64,000 nucleotides of DNA from a virus (IMGVR_UViG_3300012979_000030:42511-106510), one strand, 5' to 3'; numbered from the stretch's first letter, positions 10,391 through 20,507 are shown. Notes: generated by a model not told the origin, from the sequence alone. A program made the numbers and translations.

Positions 10391-12354
10391 TTTAATCCCT
10401 CAAAAATAAACTTAATAACCTCTGCTGTCCAACCATTACCAACACATTTAACTCTCTGTGTGTAACTAATTTCTTGTTTCTCACCATTTAAGATTCCATA
10501 TTTAGTATAATTATCAGGTAATGTTTGTAATCTTTCTGATTCCAATGCTGTTGGTTTATAGAATTGTCCATCAGGATATTTAATATTAGTTGCACCAGAG
10601 TTAGCAATAGATTGAGAACATGTTAATGTTTTAGATTTTTGTTCCAATGTTTTAACAGAACCCCATGCTTTCTTAAATGATAATGTTCCCTCTTTTTTAG
10701 CATACATTTTATCTGTAATGTTAAACTCTACCTTATCTTCAATTGGTTCAACAATATCTTTTAATGTCAGATTCTTATCTTCTAACTCACCACTAATTTC
10801 AATATTTGTCCAATACAATCTTTTTCTTCTTTGTGCTGAAACAATTGCTGAATCAATGAGAATTGGTTTTACACCTAATAAATCATTAAATGTTTGTTCC
10901 CATTCTTTTTTCATAACAACATTTTCTAATAAGAACTTAACATTTGGATTAACAGATTTAATATGGTTTAAAATTTCCAAATATCTATAAAACAATCCTG
11001 ATTCAGAACCTTCTAAACCTGTTCCATTCCCAGCATTACTTAAGTTTTGACAATTATGCACAACAACTCCATTGGCAGTATATGAATTATCTTCTTCTAC
11101 TTCCATATTATAAACAATTGTTTGTTTTTCTTCTGTTGTTATTGAAGTAATCTGTGACCATGAATAACTCATATCTTTGTCAAAAAACGACCTATCTTGT
11201 GGATGGGTATGTGTTTTAAATCTAATTTGATATGTATTATGTTGATTTACTTCTCTACCTTCAATAATATATTTGGATGGTCTAATAGTATATGTCATCC
11301 CAACAGGCACATTATACACTTCAGTAATTAATAACTTTAACTCATAGGCTAATTGCTTACTTATTGTTGTTATACTACAAAGACCATTTCTATTTTTTGG
11401 GTATGAACCATCAGCACTAATATATCCATCTAATAATGCTTTCTTTTTGTTTAATGGTAACCCCCATACATCTGGGTGAATACATTTATTAATAGCACCA
11501 ATCCCACATTTAGAAAGATAATCAAGTAATTCCATGGAACAAATTCTAAATTTATATGTTGTTCTTTCTTCTAAATAATTATAATTATATCCAAGGTTAT
11601 CCATTATCTGTTTAATTTCATTAAATTCAGATTTACCACAACATAATATCACTTTATACATATGACTATTTTTTCTATTTTTTCTTTTTGTTTTTTGAAT
11701 CCAACCATCTCCAATAAATCTTCCAACAAAATACCAAAAATCTTCACTATGGGTATCAGTATCAATGCCCAGATTTGTATTATAAGTAACTCCTAAATAG
11801 TGTTTCGTTTTATCCAAATCTTTTGCTTCCACCCATTGTGGTTCTTTATAATAACGAACTTTGGATTTTTTCTTCCATCCTTCTTTTGTTTTCATACCTT
11901 TGTCTTCATATTGGTAATATTTTTCTCTAGCATAGAATGGATGATTTGATGTTGTCGTAATATTATCAAAACCCATCCCTTTGATATTATACACATTATC
12001 AACCAATTTACCACCAACATTCAATACTTTTCTGTATCTACTATTATGTGTTAATACCATATCACCAACTTTTATTTCTTCAATTGGTTTCATACCCTTA
12101 TCCGTCATTACTAATGTACCAGCAACAAAACATGGACTCCCCCCAATAATCAAATCAATTGATGACCAATCAATATCCCAATCTTTCCAATTATTAACAT
12201 CACCCAACTGAATTGTATTTGGATAGTTATATTGAGTAATTGCAATAGCATACTTATCAATTTCTGATGCATAATATGTTTCTACATCAATTTCCAATTC
12301 TTTAAGACAATACTGTCCTGTTGAAATACCATCAAATAAACTAATTACTTTCAT
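10387..12354 (-). CDS. C5-cytosine DNA methyltransferase interrupted by an intein
   Basis: SLFDGI, GGSP|intein|CQNLS, LLENV, QRRKRLYW, GNGW. Confidence 0.92.
   Translation of the reverse strand: MKVISLFDGISTGQYCLKELEIDVETYYASEIDKYAIAITQYNYPNTIQLGDVNNWKDWDIDWSSIDLIIGGSPCFVAGTLVMTDKGMKPIEEIKVGDMVLTHNSRYRKVLNVGGKLVDNVYNIKGMGFDNITTTSNHPFYAREKYYQYEDKGMKTKEGWKKKSKVRYYKEPQWVEAKDLDKTKHYLGVTYNTNLGIDTDTHSEDFWYFVGRFIGDGWIQKTKRKNRKNSHMYKVILCCGKSEFNEIKQIMDNLGYNYNYLEERTTYKFRICSMELLDYLSKCGIGAINKCIHPDVWGLPLNKKKALLDGYISADGSYPKNRNGLCSITTISKQLAYELKLLITEVYNVPVGMTYTIRPSKYIIEGREVNQHNTYQIRFKTHTHPQDRSFFDKDMSYSWSQITSITTEEKQTIVYNMEVEEDNSYTANGVVVHNCQNLSNAGNGTGLEGSESGLFYRYLEILNHIKSVNPNVKFLLENVVMKKEWEQTFNDLLGVKPILIDSAIVSAQRRKRLYWTNIEISGELEDKNLTLKDIVEPIEDKVEFNITDKMYAKKEGTLSFKKAWGSVKTLEQKSKTLTCSQSIANSGATNIKYPDGQFYKPTALESERLQTLPDNYTKYGILNGEKQEISYTQRVKCVGNGWTAEVIKFIFEGLK
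11053..12132 (-). mobile_element. Intein (360 aa) with LAGLIDADG homing endonuclease
   Basis: Begins CFVAGTLV, block B TSNHPF, LAGLIDADG-like FVGRFIGDG and LLDGYISADG, ends YNMEVEEDNSYTANGVVVHN; +1 residue is Cys. Confidence 0.93.
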
Positions 12355-12384
12355 TTATACTCCTAACCAACTTTTGTTATATTT

Positions 12385-13491
12385 TTAACCAAATAAGTTT
12401 TTAAAAATTGCTTCTAACACATTTACAACTATTGAATTACCTGCTTGTTTATATTTTTGACAATTGGACATATTTTTAACTTTATCTATTTGTTCATCTT
12501 TCCAACCCATCAATCTCCAACACTCTTTTGGTGTTAATTTTCTAATTCTCAATGGGTTATTAGATACAACAGTTTTTAATAAATGTGGTGTTGATGCATG
12601 AGTTCCAGCAGCTATTGTTCTGCATATACCATCTTGATGTTGAATTAAATCTTGTTGATGTTTAGCATTAGATGATACTTCAATTATTTTATTTGTTTGT
12701 GGTTCAGCAATAGCACACACAGCACCATGATTTTCCTTAATAGTTGGTGCAATACCATTTATATCCATAACTCTACCGCATTCGTGTCCAGATGGTTTAT
12801 AATTACCCAATACTTTTATTCTTGGTTCTAATATTTTTTCTTTAATATTTTTTTCAACATCTTTCATAATTGGTTTCATTTTTTCATTATTTAAATAATA
12901 TCTTTCATCAACTGATTCTTCTAAAATGTCTTTCAATCTTAATGTTAGTTCTTGTGGTTCAGGAAATACATATGGTTTATGATCTCCTAAAATAGATACA
13001 CAAAATACTCTTTCTCTATTTTGTGGAATACCAAAATCTTTTGAATTAAGAACTTTCCAATAATTTGTATATCCCATTTCTTCTAACACTTTTAACCATT
13101 CTTCAAAAGATGGTAAGAATTTTTTACCAACAAGATTTTTTACATTCTCCATTAAAAGATACTTTGGTTTAACTTTTCTAAAAATCTTTTCACATTCCCA
13201 TAATAAAGAACTTCTTGAACCAGAATCTTTTTCTAATCCTTTTTGAAGACCAGACAAAGAAATATCTTGGCAGGGGAATGAATAAGTAATTAAATCCCAT
13301 TGATTTTCATATAAATCATCTTCATTAATTTGACTTATATCACCAAGATTTTCTGTATCTCCATGCAATTGGTTATAAACATTTATTGCATACTTATCAA
13401 TATCACATTGTGTAGATGTATGCTCTATACCAATATTTTTTAATGCTTGTGTTTGAGAACCAATCCCACTAAATAGTTCTAATACTTTCAT
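12385..13491 (-). CDS. C5-cytosine DNA methyltransferase
   Basis: ELFSGIG, SFPCQD, MENVKNL, PQNRERVF, LTPKECWRLMG, YKQAGNSI. Confidence 0.93.
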   Translation of the reverse strand: MKVLELFSGIGSQTQALKNIGIEHTSTQCDIDKYAINVYNQLHGDTENLGDISQINEDDLYENQWDLITYSFPCQDISLSGLQKGLEKDSGSRSSLLWECEKIFRKVKPKYLLMENVKNLVGKKFLPSFEEWLKVLEEMGYTNYWKVLNSKDFGIPQNRERVFCVSILGDHKPYVFPEPQELTLRLKDILEESVDERYYLNNEKMKPIMKDVEKNIKEKILEPRIKVLGNYKPSGHECGRVMDINGIAPTIKENHGAVCAIAEPQTNKIIEVSSNAKHQQDLIQHQDGICRTIAAGTHASTPHLLKTVVSNNPLRIRKLTPKECWRLMGWKDEQIDKVKNMSNCQKYKQAGNSIVVNVLEAIFKNLFG

Positions 13492-13556
13492 TTATACATA
13501 CTCCATATCTTATACCACAATATTACTATATAATCCTCATAATATCAAGTATAATT

Positions 13557-14360
13557 TTAATAATTACAAATAAAAACTTCTACTGATTCTTCCACATTAC
13601 TTTGTTTTTTTGCTTTATTATTAAAGGTTTCAATTCTATGCCAATTGAAATTCATAAGTTTTTTCAAATACTCATTAGCAACACCCTTATGAATTGCCAT
13701 ATTAGATAATCCAAATTTTACACCATTTTTATCTAAATCCAAAATAAAGTTATAAAGTTTTTCTTCTAATTCTTTACTCCAATAACAATTATATCCTGCT
13801 TCTGTAATAAGATATGGTGGATCAAGATATACAAAAGCATTATTTGGTATATACACAGTATTAAAACTTTGATTAGTGAACAATAATGAATCAAATGTTT
13901 TCATTCTTTCTTGGTATAATCTAAGTTTTTCAACAGTATTATCATTGATACATCTTTTACCAAAAGTTTGATTAAACTTAAATTGTTTATTAAATCTCAT
14001 CATATTATTAGTACAAGATGAACACAATACAAAGAATTTATAAGGGTCAGGATTTTCATTATATTCTGCTCTTAACTTATTATAACCATCTTGGTCATCC
14101 TTTGATACAGAATATTCTTTACACTTTTCAAGGATTTCATCTAATGATTTAGTGTTCAATTCTTTATAAAATCCCATTAAATCTGTAATAATATCATTAG
14201 CAATTATATGTTTAAATGATGAGTTCATAAAAACACTTCCACCACCACAAAATAAATCAACCAATGTATCACAATCTTTTGGGAAATGTGAATACAATTC
14301 TTCTAATTCAGGATACTTTGTTCCAGTATAATTAAATGGTGATTTAATATAATTATTCAT
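13557..14360 (-). CDS. Dam-family (D12, alpha class) N6-adenine DNA methyltransferase
   Basis: SPFNYTGTK, DLFCGGGSV, RFNKQFKFN, YLDPPY, EVFICNY (T4 Dam-like). Confidence 0.9.
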   Translation of the reverse strand: MNNYIKSPFNYTGTKYPELEELYSHFPKDCDTLVDLFCGGGSVFMNSSFKHIIANDIITDLMGFYKELNTKSLDEILEKCKEYSVSKDDQDGYNKLRAEYNENPDPYKFFVLCSSCTNNMMRFNKQFKFNQTFGKRCINDNTVEKLRLYQERMKTFDSLLFTNQSFNTVYIPNNAFVYLDPPYLITEAGYNCYWSKELEEKLYNFILDLDKNGVKFGLSNMAIHKGVANEYLKKLMNFNWHRIETFNNKAKKQSNVEESVEVFICNY

Positions 14361-15162
14361 TTATTCTATCCTCTGCTATGTTAAAATAATTTGTATCTAA
14401 TTCAATACCTATGAAATTTCTATTTAATTTTTTGCATGCTACACCTGTTGTTCCTGAACCCATTGTGAAATCCAATACAGTATCTCCCTCGTTAGTATAA
14501 GTTTTAATGAGATATTCCATAAGAGCTATAGGTTTTTGTGTTGGGTGTAGATTTGTATTGATTTCTTTGTTAATTTTTAAAACAGATTTAGGATAACGAT
14601 AACCATCATCTGCATTTCTAATTCGCTTTAAATCTATTCCAATCAATTCTTTGTTTGTGGTAGGATTGTTAATAGTTTTTCTTCTATCAACCTTACCATA
14701 TCTATCATAATCTTTAGTTTCAAATACTTCTTTTAATTGTTTTTTATCCATATTTTCTATTTCAGAAAATTCCAAAACTTTATATTTTTGTGGATTATAT
14801 TTATGAGTACCATTTGAAAAGACTGATATTAACTCGTGATATTTAAGAGGAGCATTTTTTGCACCCATAAAATTAGCTGCCTTTTGTTTTTCCCAAACCC
14901 AATCATACTTGAAATTCTTAATATTAGAACATCTTAATATACTACTAAATGGTTCACTACCAAACAAACAAATAACACCATTGTCTTTAATTAGTTTATT
15001 ACAACAATCCCACATCTCATCAAAAGGAATAACACTATCCCACTTACAAGCAGTTGTTCCATATGGTGGGTCAGTAATTATGGCATCAACTTTTGTCCCA
15101 CATTTAATTAGTTGTTCCATAATTTCTAAACAATCTCCGTTATATAAACTAATTTGACTCAT
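14353..15162 (-). CDS. N6/N4 DNA methyltransferase (beta class)
   Basis: GDCLE, TDPPY, HPTQKP, LDFTMGSGTT, FIGIE. Confidence 0.92.
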   Translation of the reverse strand: MSQISLYNGDCLEIMEQLIKCGTKVDAIITDPPYGTTACKWDSVIPFDEMWDCCNKLIKDNGVICLFGSEPFSSILRCSNIKNFKYDWVWEKQKAANFMGAKNAPLKYHELISVFSNGTHKYNPQKYKVLEFSEIENMDKKQLKEVFETKDYDRYGKVDRRKTINNPTTNKELIGIDLKRIRNADDGYRYPKSVLKINKEINTNLHPTQKPIALMEYLIKTYTNEGDTVLDFTMGSGTTGVACKKLNRNFIGIELDTNYFNIAEDRINE

Positions 15163-15889
15163 TTATTCTCTCCTCTGCTATTTTAAAATAATTTGTATCT
15201 AATTCAATACCAATAAATTTTCTATTACATCTCTTTGAAGCAATACCACAACTTCCTGCCCCCATACAATTATCTAAAACAACTTCTCCTTCATTAGTGT
15301 ATGTTTTAATTAACCATTCTAAACATTCAACACTTTTTTCTGTTCTATGTTTAGCAATACTTGGATGTGGTTTTGGAAAAGTTAAAATACTTGTTGGATA
15401 TTTTTCTGTTGACCCTTTTCTCAAATCATCTGTTGCATCAAAATGTCCATAGTTCTGATTCTTTAATTCTTTTGTTTTATAAGCATTACCCTTTCCATGT
15501 AGTGGTTTCCCTTGTGTAAATTGTGGATTATATGTAGGCAACTTTTTATAAAATATTGCTATCTGTTCATGTTGCCTCAATGGCATTCTTTTAGCATTTA
15601 AAAAACCACTTGTCAATATTTTATTCCATACCAAATCATATCTAAATAATTTTCTGTTAGAATTTACTAAATCAACATAAAATAATCCTTGTCCAAATAA
15701 AGCAATACAACCATTGTCCTTAATAATTCTTTCATATTCTTTCCACAATGGTTCAAATGGAATTTTAACATCTGCCTTGTTTTGTGTCAATTCATATGGC
15801 AAATCACAACAAATCATGTCAATTGATTTGTTTGGAATTGTTTTCATAATCTCTAAACAATCACCATTGTATAAATCAATTTGACTCAT
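15149..15889 (-). CDS. N6/N4 DNA methyltransferase (beta class)
   Basis: GDCLE, CDLPY, HRTEKS, LDNCMGAGS, FIGIE. Confidence 0.9.
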   Translation of the reverse strand: MSQIDLYNGDCLEIMKTIPNKSIDMICCDLPYELTQNKADVKIPFEPLWKEYERIIKDNGCIALFGQGLFYVDLVNSNRKLFRYDLVWNKILTSGFLNAKRMPLRQHEQIAIFYKKLPTYNPQFTQGKPLHGKGNAYKTKELKNQNYGHFDATDDLRKGSTEKYPTSILTFPKPHPSIAKHRTEKSVECLEWLIKTYTNEGEVVLDNCMGAGSCGIASKRCNRKFIGIELDTNYFKIAEERINESN

Positions 15890-15890
15890 T

Positions 15891-16730
15891 CTATTTAACC
15901 TTTATATATAAACTTTCTTTAACATTTACATCATTATTATTTCCAATAACTCTCCTAAATGATGAATTACCACTATTTAATAATATGTGTTTATTATATA
16001 ATTCTTTTGGAACATTGTAAATATTATTTTCTTCACCAGCAATTCCATCAAAACTTAAAAAATAATCACTTTTACAATTTTTTAAATAATCCCATAACTT
16101 ATCATATTCAATTGTTCCATAATACATACCTTTTGTATTGGCATAAGGTGGGTCTAAATATAAAAAATCATTTTCAGATGGATTTATTGTATCATATGAT
16201 TGATTAATAAATTGAACATCATATTTGTTCAATAATTCTGACCATTTATCCAATATTGGTTTTAATCTTATGGGTTCTATTCCATTTCTTGTAACATGAA
16301 ATGAATTATTAAATTCACCATTTTTATTATATCTTGGCATACCATTTGTTGTGGTTCTCATAATAAAGAAAAATAACAATGGGTCTTTTGTTTGATTGAA
16401 TAATGTTCTTATATGATTAAAAAATTGTTTCTTTCTTTCTAAATCATTATCTTTATTCAATTCATTCCATAATTCTGTATATGATTCTAAAATAAGATTG
16501 GGATTACTTTTTATAAAATTAAAAGTATCTATTAATCCTTTATTTAAATCATTACAAACATAATGTTTAAATTTATTTGGACAATGATTTAAGATATAAA
16601 ATAATACAGAACAACCACCACAAAATGATTCATAATATGTATCATAATTTTTATCAATCAATGATACAATCTGTTCTGCTTGACTTCTTTTTGAACCACT
16701 CCATTTAATTATTGGTTGTAATTTAGACAT
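15891..16730 (-). CDS. Dam-family N6-adenine DNA methyltransferase
   Basis: IKWSGSK, ESFCGGCSV, RYNKNGEFN, YLDPPY. Confidence 0.9.
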   Translation of the reverse strand: MSKLQPIIKWSGSKRSQAEQIVSLIDKNYDTYYESFCGGCSVLFYILNHCPNKFKHYVCNDLNKGLIDTFNFIKSNPNLILESYTELWNELNKDNDLERKKQFFNHIRTLFNQTKDPLLFFFIMRTTTNGMPRYNKNGEFNNSFHVTRNGIEPIRLKPILDKWSELLNKYDVQFINQSYDTINPSENDFLYLDPPYANTKGMYYGTIEYDKLWDYLKNCKSDYFLSFDGIAGEENNIYNVPKELYNKHILLNSGNSSFRRVIGNNNDVNVKESLYIKVK

Positions 16731-17457
16731 TTATCCTCTCTCTTGCTATTTGAAACATTTCTTCATCAGATTCTATACCAATAAAATCATATCCCAATTC
16801 TTGACAAACCAATCCACAAGTACAACTTCCCATAAATGGGTCTAATACTGTTGAACCTTTTGGTACAAAATCATTCAAAATTCTTTTAATCAATTCTGTT
16901 GGAAATCCTGCTTTAATGAATTTATTTCTTTCTCTTTTTATATCCCATATATTTGTTTCTGTTCCACGAGCAAAACCAAAATAATCAAATGAACGATTAT
17001 AAGGTTTAGAATTTTGGAATACAATTATGAATTCATATTGTGAATTAAGAACACCTTTTTGCATTGCTGGTTGACCATAACATTTATTCCAAATGATTAT
17101 TTCCTTAATTTTTTCAGCATATTTACCCATTAATTGTAGCAAAGCAACTTTATTACCAGTAATCATTTGAATGTTATAAAACATTAAATCAGTTACTTGT
17201 AATGCTTTACTAATAAACTCATCTTGGAACTTAAAATATTCTTCCATTGGTAAATCATCTCTATACTTATCATATTTTGTAGAAAAAGCACCAACATTAC
17301 CTTTCCAACCCCATCTGGACATATATTTACCAGTATGGATTCTTAAATTCATATTATATGGTGGAGATGTGATAATGACATCAACTTTTTTATTTTGGTC
17401 TATCATTTGTTGGAGAATTTCCAAACAATCTCCATTATATAAATCAATTTGACTCAT
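16723..17457 (-). CDS. DNA methyltransferase, beta class, SPPY type (probably N4-cytosine)
   Basis: Start reassigned to MSQIDLYNGDCLE (17457); TSPPY, LDPFMGS, FIGIE. Confidence 0.88.
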   Translation of the reverse strand: MSQIDLYNGDCLEILQQMIDQNKKVDVIITSPPYNMNLRIHTGKYMSRWGWKGNVGAFSTKYDKYRDDLPMEEYFKFQDEFISKALQVTDLMFYNIQMITGNKVALLQLMGKYAEKIKEIIIWNKCYGQPAMQKGVLNSQYEFIIVFQNSKPYNRSFDYFGFARGTETNIWDIKRERNKFIKAGFPTELIKRILNDFVPKGSTVLDPFMGSCTCGLVCQELGYDFIGIESDEEMFQIARERINV

Positions 17458-18157
17458 TCTCATATTCCTTTGTAATTCTTTCAACTGCCATATTAAAAAA
17501 TTCTTCATTCTTCTCAATACCTATAAATTGTCTATTTGTTTTAATGCAAGCAACTCCTGTTGTTCCAGAACCCATATATGGGTCTAAAACTATATCACCT
17601 TCATCACTTCCTATTGGAATCATATTTAAGCAAGGTTCTAACGGTTTTAATGCAGGATGATTCCATTCTTTAACACCACCAATAGAATAATGATAATCAG
17701 TTCTTTTTTGATGATATGTTCCAGTTAATGTTCTACCTTTCCACAAATGAACACAATAATCTTTGTCTTGATACTTACCTCTTACATTTGGTAAAGCATT
17801 ATTTCTATAAAGACAGACATCTTGCCAATTCCATTTATTATCTTTTGCCATAATTAAATAATCAATGAATTGTTTTTTAGAACACCATATTTGATAATTA
17901 ATTGCTTTACATACTCTTTTAAATTCTGGGAACATTACATCAACATCAAAACCATCTGATATATCAGCATTTACAATACCATCATAAAATTTTCTTCCAC
18001 CTTTACTTTCCATAAATGAACCAATATTACCCGAACTATGAATAATATATGGTGGGTCAGTATGAATTAATGTAATAGAATTATCTTCTAATTCTTTTAT
18101 CACTTCTTGACAATCACCATTTATTAGTAAGCAATTTCCAATCTTAATTGTTTTCAT
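17444..18157 (-). CDS. N6/N4 DNA methyltransferase (beta class)
   Basis: GDC, TDPPY, HPALKP, LDPYMGSGTT, FIGIE. Confidence 0.9.
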   Translation of the reverse strand: MKTIKIGNCLLINGDCQEVIKELEDNSITLIHTDPPYIIHSSGNIGSFMESKGGRKFYDGIVNADISDGFDVDVMFPEFKRVCKAINYQIWCSKKQFIDYLIMAKDNKWNWQDVCLYRNNALPNVRGKYQDKDYCVHLWKGRTLTGTYHQKRTDYHYSIGGVKEWNHPALKPLEPCLNMIPIGSDEGDIVLDPYMGSGTTGVACIKTNRQFIGIEKNEEFFNMAVERITKEYENESN

Positions 18158-18878
18158 TGATTCGTTCCTCTGCTAATTTAAAATAATTTTCATCTAATTC
18201 GATTCCAATAAAATTTCTATTAGTTCTTTTACAAGCATCACCAGTAGTTCCTGAACCCATACAAAAATCTAAAACTGTATCTCCTTCATTGGTAATCATT
18301 TCAATACATCTTTCCATAAGTTTAATTGGTTTTTGTGTTGGATGATTTACTTTTTCTTTACTATTATGTGGTAATGCAGGAATATCAGACCATACATCAG
18401 ATAAAGAAATTCCATCTTTTAAATAACCAGTTGTATATTCAGGTCTTTTACTATCAACTTTTATTTTAATATTATTAAATGTAAAATTCTTTTCATCTTT
18501 TGTATAATAACAAATTGGTTCATAACCAGAAGCAAGTGCTTTACCTCTTGTGTTATTAAAAGCTCTTTTCCTTGACCATATTATAATTCTTTTTTCATAA
18601 AATGTTTTATCTAACTCATTACAAATTTTTCTATTATTTTGTCTGCCAGTAAAAATTAAGACAGAACCAGTTTCTTTTAGCATTTGAAAGCATTTATTAA
18701 AACAACTATTACACCAACCAATATAATCACTTATATCACACCATTGGTTATCCCATTTATTATCAACTATTTGAAAATATGGAATATCTGTGATAATAGC
18801 ATCAACTTTAACACCTTTATCAATAAGTTGTTGCATTACTTCTAAACAATCACCATTGTATAAATTAATTTGACTCAT
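18144..18878 (-). CDS. N6/N4 DNA methyltransferase (beta class)
   Basis: GDCLE, TDIPY, HPTQKP, LDFCMGSGTT, FIGIE. Confidence 0.9.
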   Translation of the reverse strand: MSQINLYNGDCLEVMQQLIDKGVKVDAIITDIPYFQIVDNKWDNQWCDISDYIGWCNSCFNKCFQMLKETGSVLIFTGRQNNRKICNELDKTFYEKRIIIWSRKRAFNNTRGKALASGYEPICYYTKDEKNFTFNNIKIKVDSKRPEYTTGYLKDGISLSDVWSDIPALPHNSKEKVNHPTQKPIKLMERCIEMITNEGDTVLDFCMGSGTTGDACKRTNRNFIGIELDENYFKLAEERINENN

Positions 18879-19536
18879 TTATTCTGTCCTCTGCTAATTT
18901 AAAATAATTAATATCTTTTTCAATACCTATGAAATCATAACCAAGTTCTTTACAAGCAACTCCTGTTGTTCCACTACCCATAAATGGGTCAACAATAGTA
19001 TAATCTTTTGGAAGTATTCCTACAATATTTTTCATAACCTCTAATGGCATGACACATGGATGATTAATACCATTCTTCCCTTTACTAACATTTTTTACTT
19101 GATTGATATTCCACCAATCATACAATTTTGAACCAATAATACCTCTTGCAATTCTTTCTTTAATCCTTTTATCATTAGGATTTTTATATGGTTGCCTTAC
19201 CTGATTAAAGTTTGGTTTTACACCAAAGAAGGCAATGTCCCTATGCTGTTTAGCAGTATTGCTATTATATACCCAACTAACAACTCTTTCTGGAAATATT
19301 CCCATTTGAAATGACAATTTATATAATGATTCAGGGTAATGAACAATAACGGATGGACATTTAGAAAAAATATCTCCAATCCACTCATAATATTCATCTT
19401 CTTTCATATTATCACTATATGATGAATAATGATAACCAATATTAAATGGTGGATCAGAAACCATAATACATTTTGTTAAATCCAAATTTGATAAAACATT
19501 ATTACAATCATTATTATATAAAGTTATTTTACTCAT
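18865..19536 (-). CDS. N6/N4 DNA methyltransferase (beta class)
   Basis: SDPPF, HPCVMP, VDPFMGSGTT, FIGIE. Confidence 0.9.
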   Translation of the reverse strand: MSKITLYNNDCNNVLSNLDLTKCIMVSDPPFNIGYHYSSYSDNMKEDEYYEWIGDIFSKCPSVIVHYPESLYKLSFQMGIFPERVVSWVYNSNTAKQHRDIAFFGVKPNFNQVRQPYKNPNDKRIKERIARGIIGSKLYDWWNINQVKNVSKGKNGINHPCVMPLEVMKNIVGILPKDYTIVDPFMGSGTTGVACKELGYDFIGIEKDINYFKLAEDRINESN

Positions 19537-19559
19537 ATATTTCTCATTAATATTAGAAG

Positions 19560-19901
19560 TTAGATATTTGATATTACACGTTTACCACTATCAATTAATC
19601 TATTCATTATAAATTGTGTAGTAGAATCATTATTATTGATAATACCATAATCACAATCATTAATCAAATATTTAATAACCTCTAATTCATTTGAGCATAA
19701 AATGTTTTTATAAAAGATGTTTTTATAATTTGAATTTCTCTCAAATCCATAATGATATACAATACATTCAATATTATTATTAATACAATATTTTATATTA
19801 TCATCTATGTATCTAAAATCATCAATGATAATTATAACATCATTTGGTGATATATTCTTTGATTTTGATATATCACCATAAATAAAAATTTTCTTGCACA
19901 T
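19560..19901 (-). CDS. Hypothetical protein, possibly a degenerate SLOG/YspA-like fold
   Basis: Alternating beta/alpha pattern; CDYGII...STT.F.M...GKRV weakly recalls the YspA C-terminus. Confidence 0.35.
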   Translation of the reverse strand: MCKKIFIYGDISKSKNISPNDVIIIIDDFRYIDDNIKYCINNNIECIVYHYGFERNSNYKNIFYKNILCSNELEVIKYLINDCDYGIINNNDSTTQFIMNRLIDSGKRVISNI

Positions 19902-19904
19902 ATA

Positions 19905-20507
19905 TTAATACTCCAATAAACCCATTTCAAGAACTTTTTGAATTGCTTGAATTCTATTTACTACACCCAATTTTCTAAAAATTATTGTCATATGTGCTTT
20001 AACTGTTGCCTCTGTAATATTCATATCATATGCAATTTGTTTGTTTGAAGATCCTAATCTCAAATGTTTAACAATTTTCAATTGCTGTTTAGAAAGTAAT
20101 GTCTTTGTTGTATATGGGAGTAATTCACTTGGATAATAATTATCACCCATTAACAGTAATGACAAAATTGACTTAATTTTTGCTATCGAATATTTTTTAC
20201 ACAATAATCCATTTGCATTAAACTCCATAAATTTCTTAACATCATCTGCACAAAATGATGATGCCATAAAAACAATCATACATTCAGGATTATGTTGTTT
20301 AATTATTGGGCAAACATATGATATATCCAAACTTCTGTGTTTTGATATAAAAACAATGTCAAAGTCATAATTAGTTAAACTTTTTTCTACATCATCATAT
20401 AAAATGCATTTATTAATATTAATATTTGGGTTTATTTCTTTCATCAATCCACTTAAACCCTCTGCAAACAATTCTTCTTCATAAACAATTAATACATTTT
20501 CTATCAT
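19905..20507 (-). CDS. Atypical NarL/LuxR-family response regulator (degenerate receiver + LuxR HTH)
   Basis: LSKQQLKIV..L..G.SNKQIA..MNITEATVKAHM..IFRKLGV.NR.QA; the receiver reads VYEE and DIVFIS, with no phosphoacceptor Asp. Confidence 0.88.
   Translation of the reverse strand: MIENVLIVYEEELFAEGLSGLMKEINPNININKCILYDDVEKSLTNYDFDIVFISKHRSLDISYVCPIIKQHNPECMIVFMASSFCADDVKKFMEFNANGLLCKKYSIAKIKSILSLLLMGDNYYPSELLPYTTKTLLSKQQLKIVKHLRLGSSNKQIAYDMNITEATVKAHMTIIFRKLGVVNRIQAIQKVLEMGLLEY

Noticed and set aside
9467-19536. Restriction-modification or BREX/DISARM defence island of a bacterial chromosome
   Set aside because: There is no REase, specificity subunit, ATPase or PglZ among the genes, and the flanks are phage replication and virion genes.
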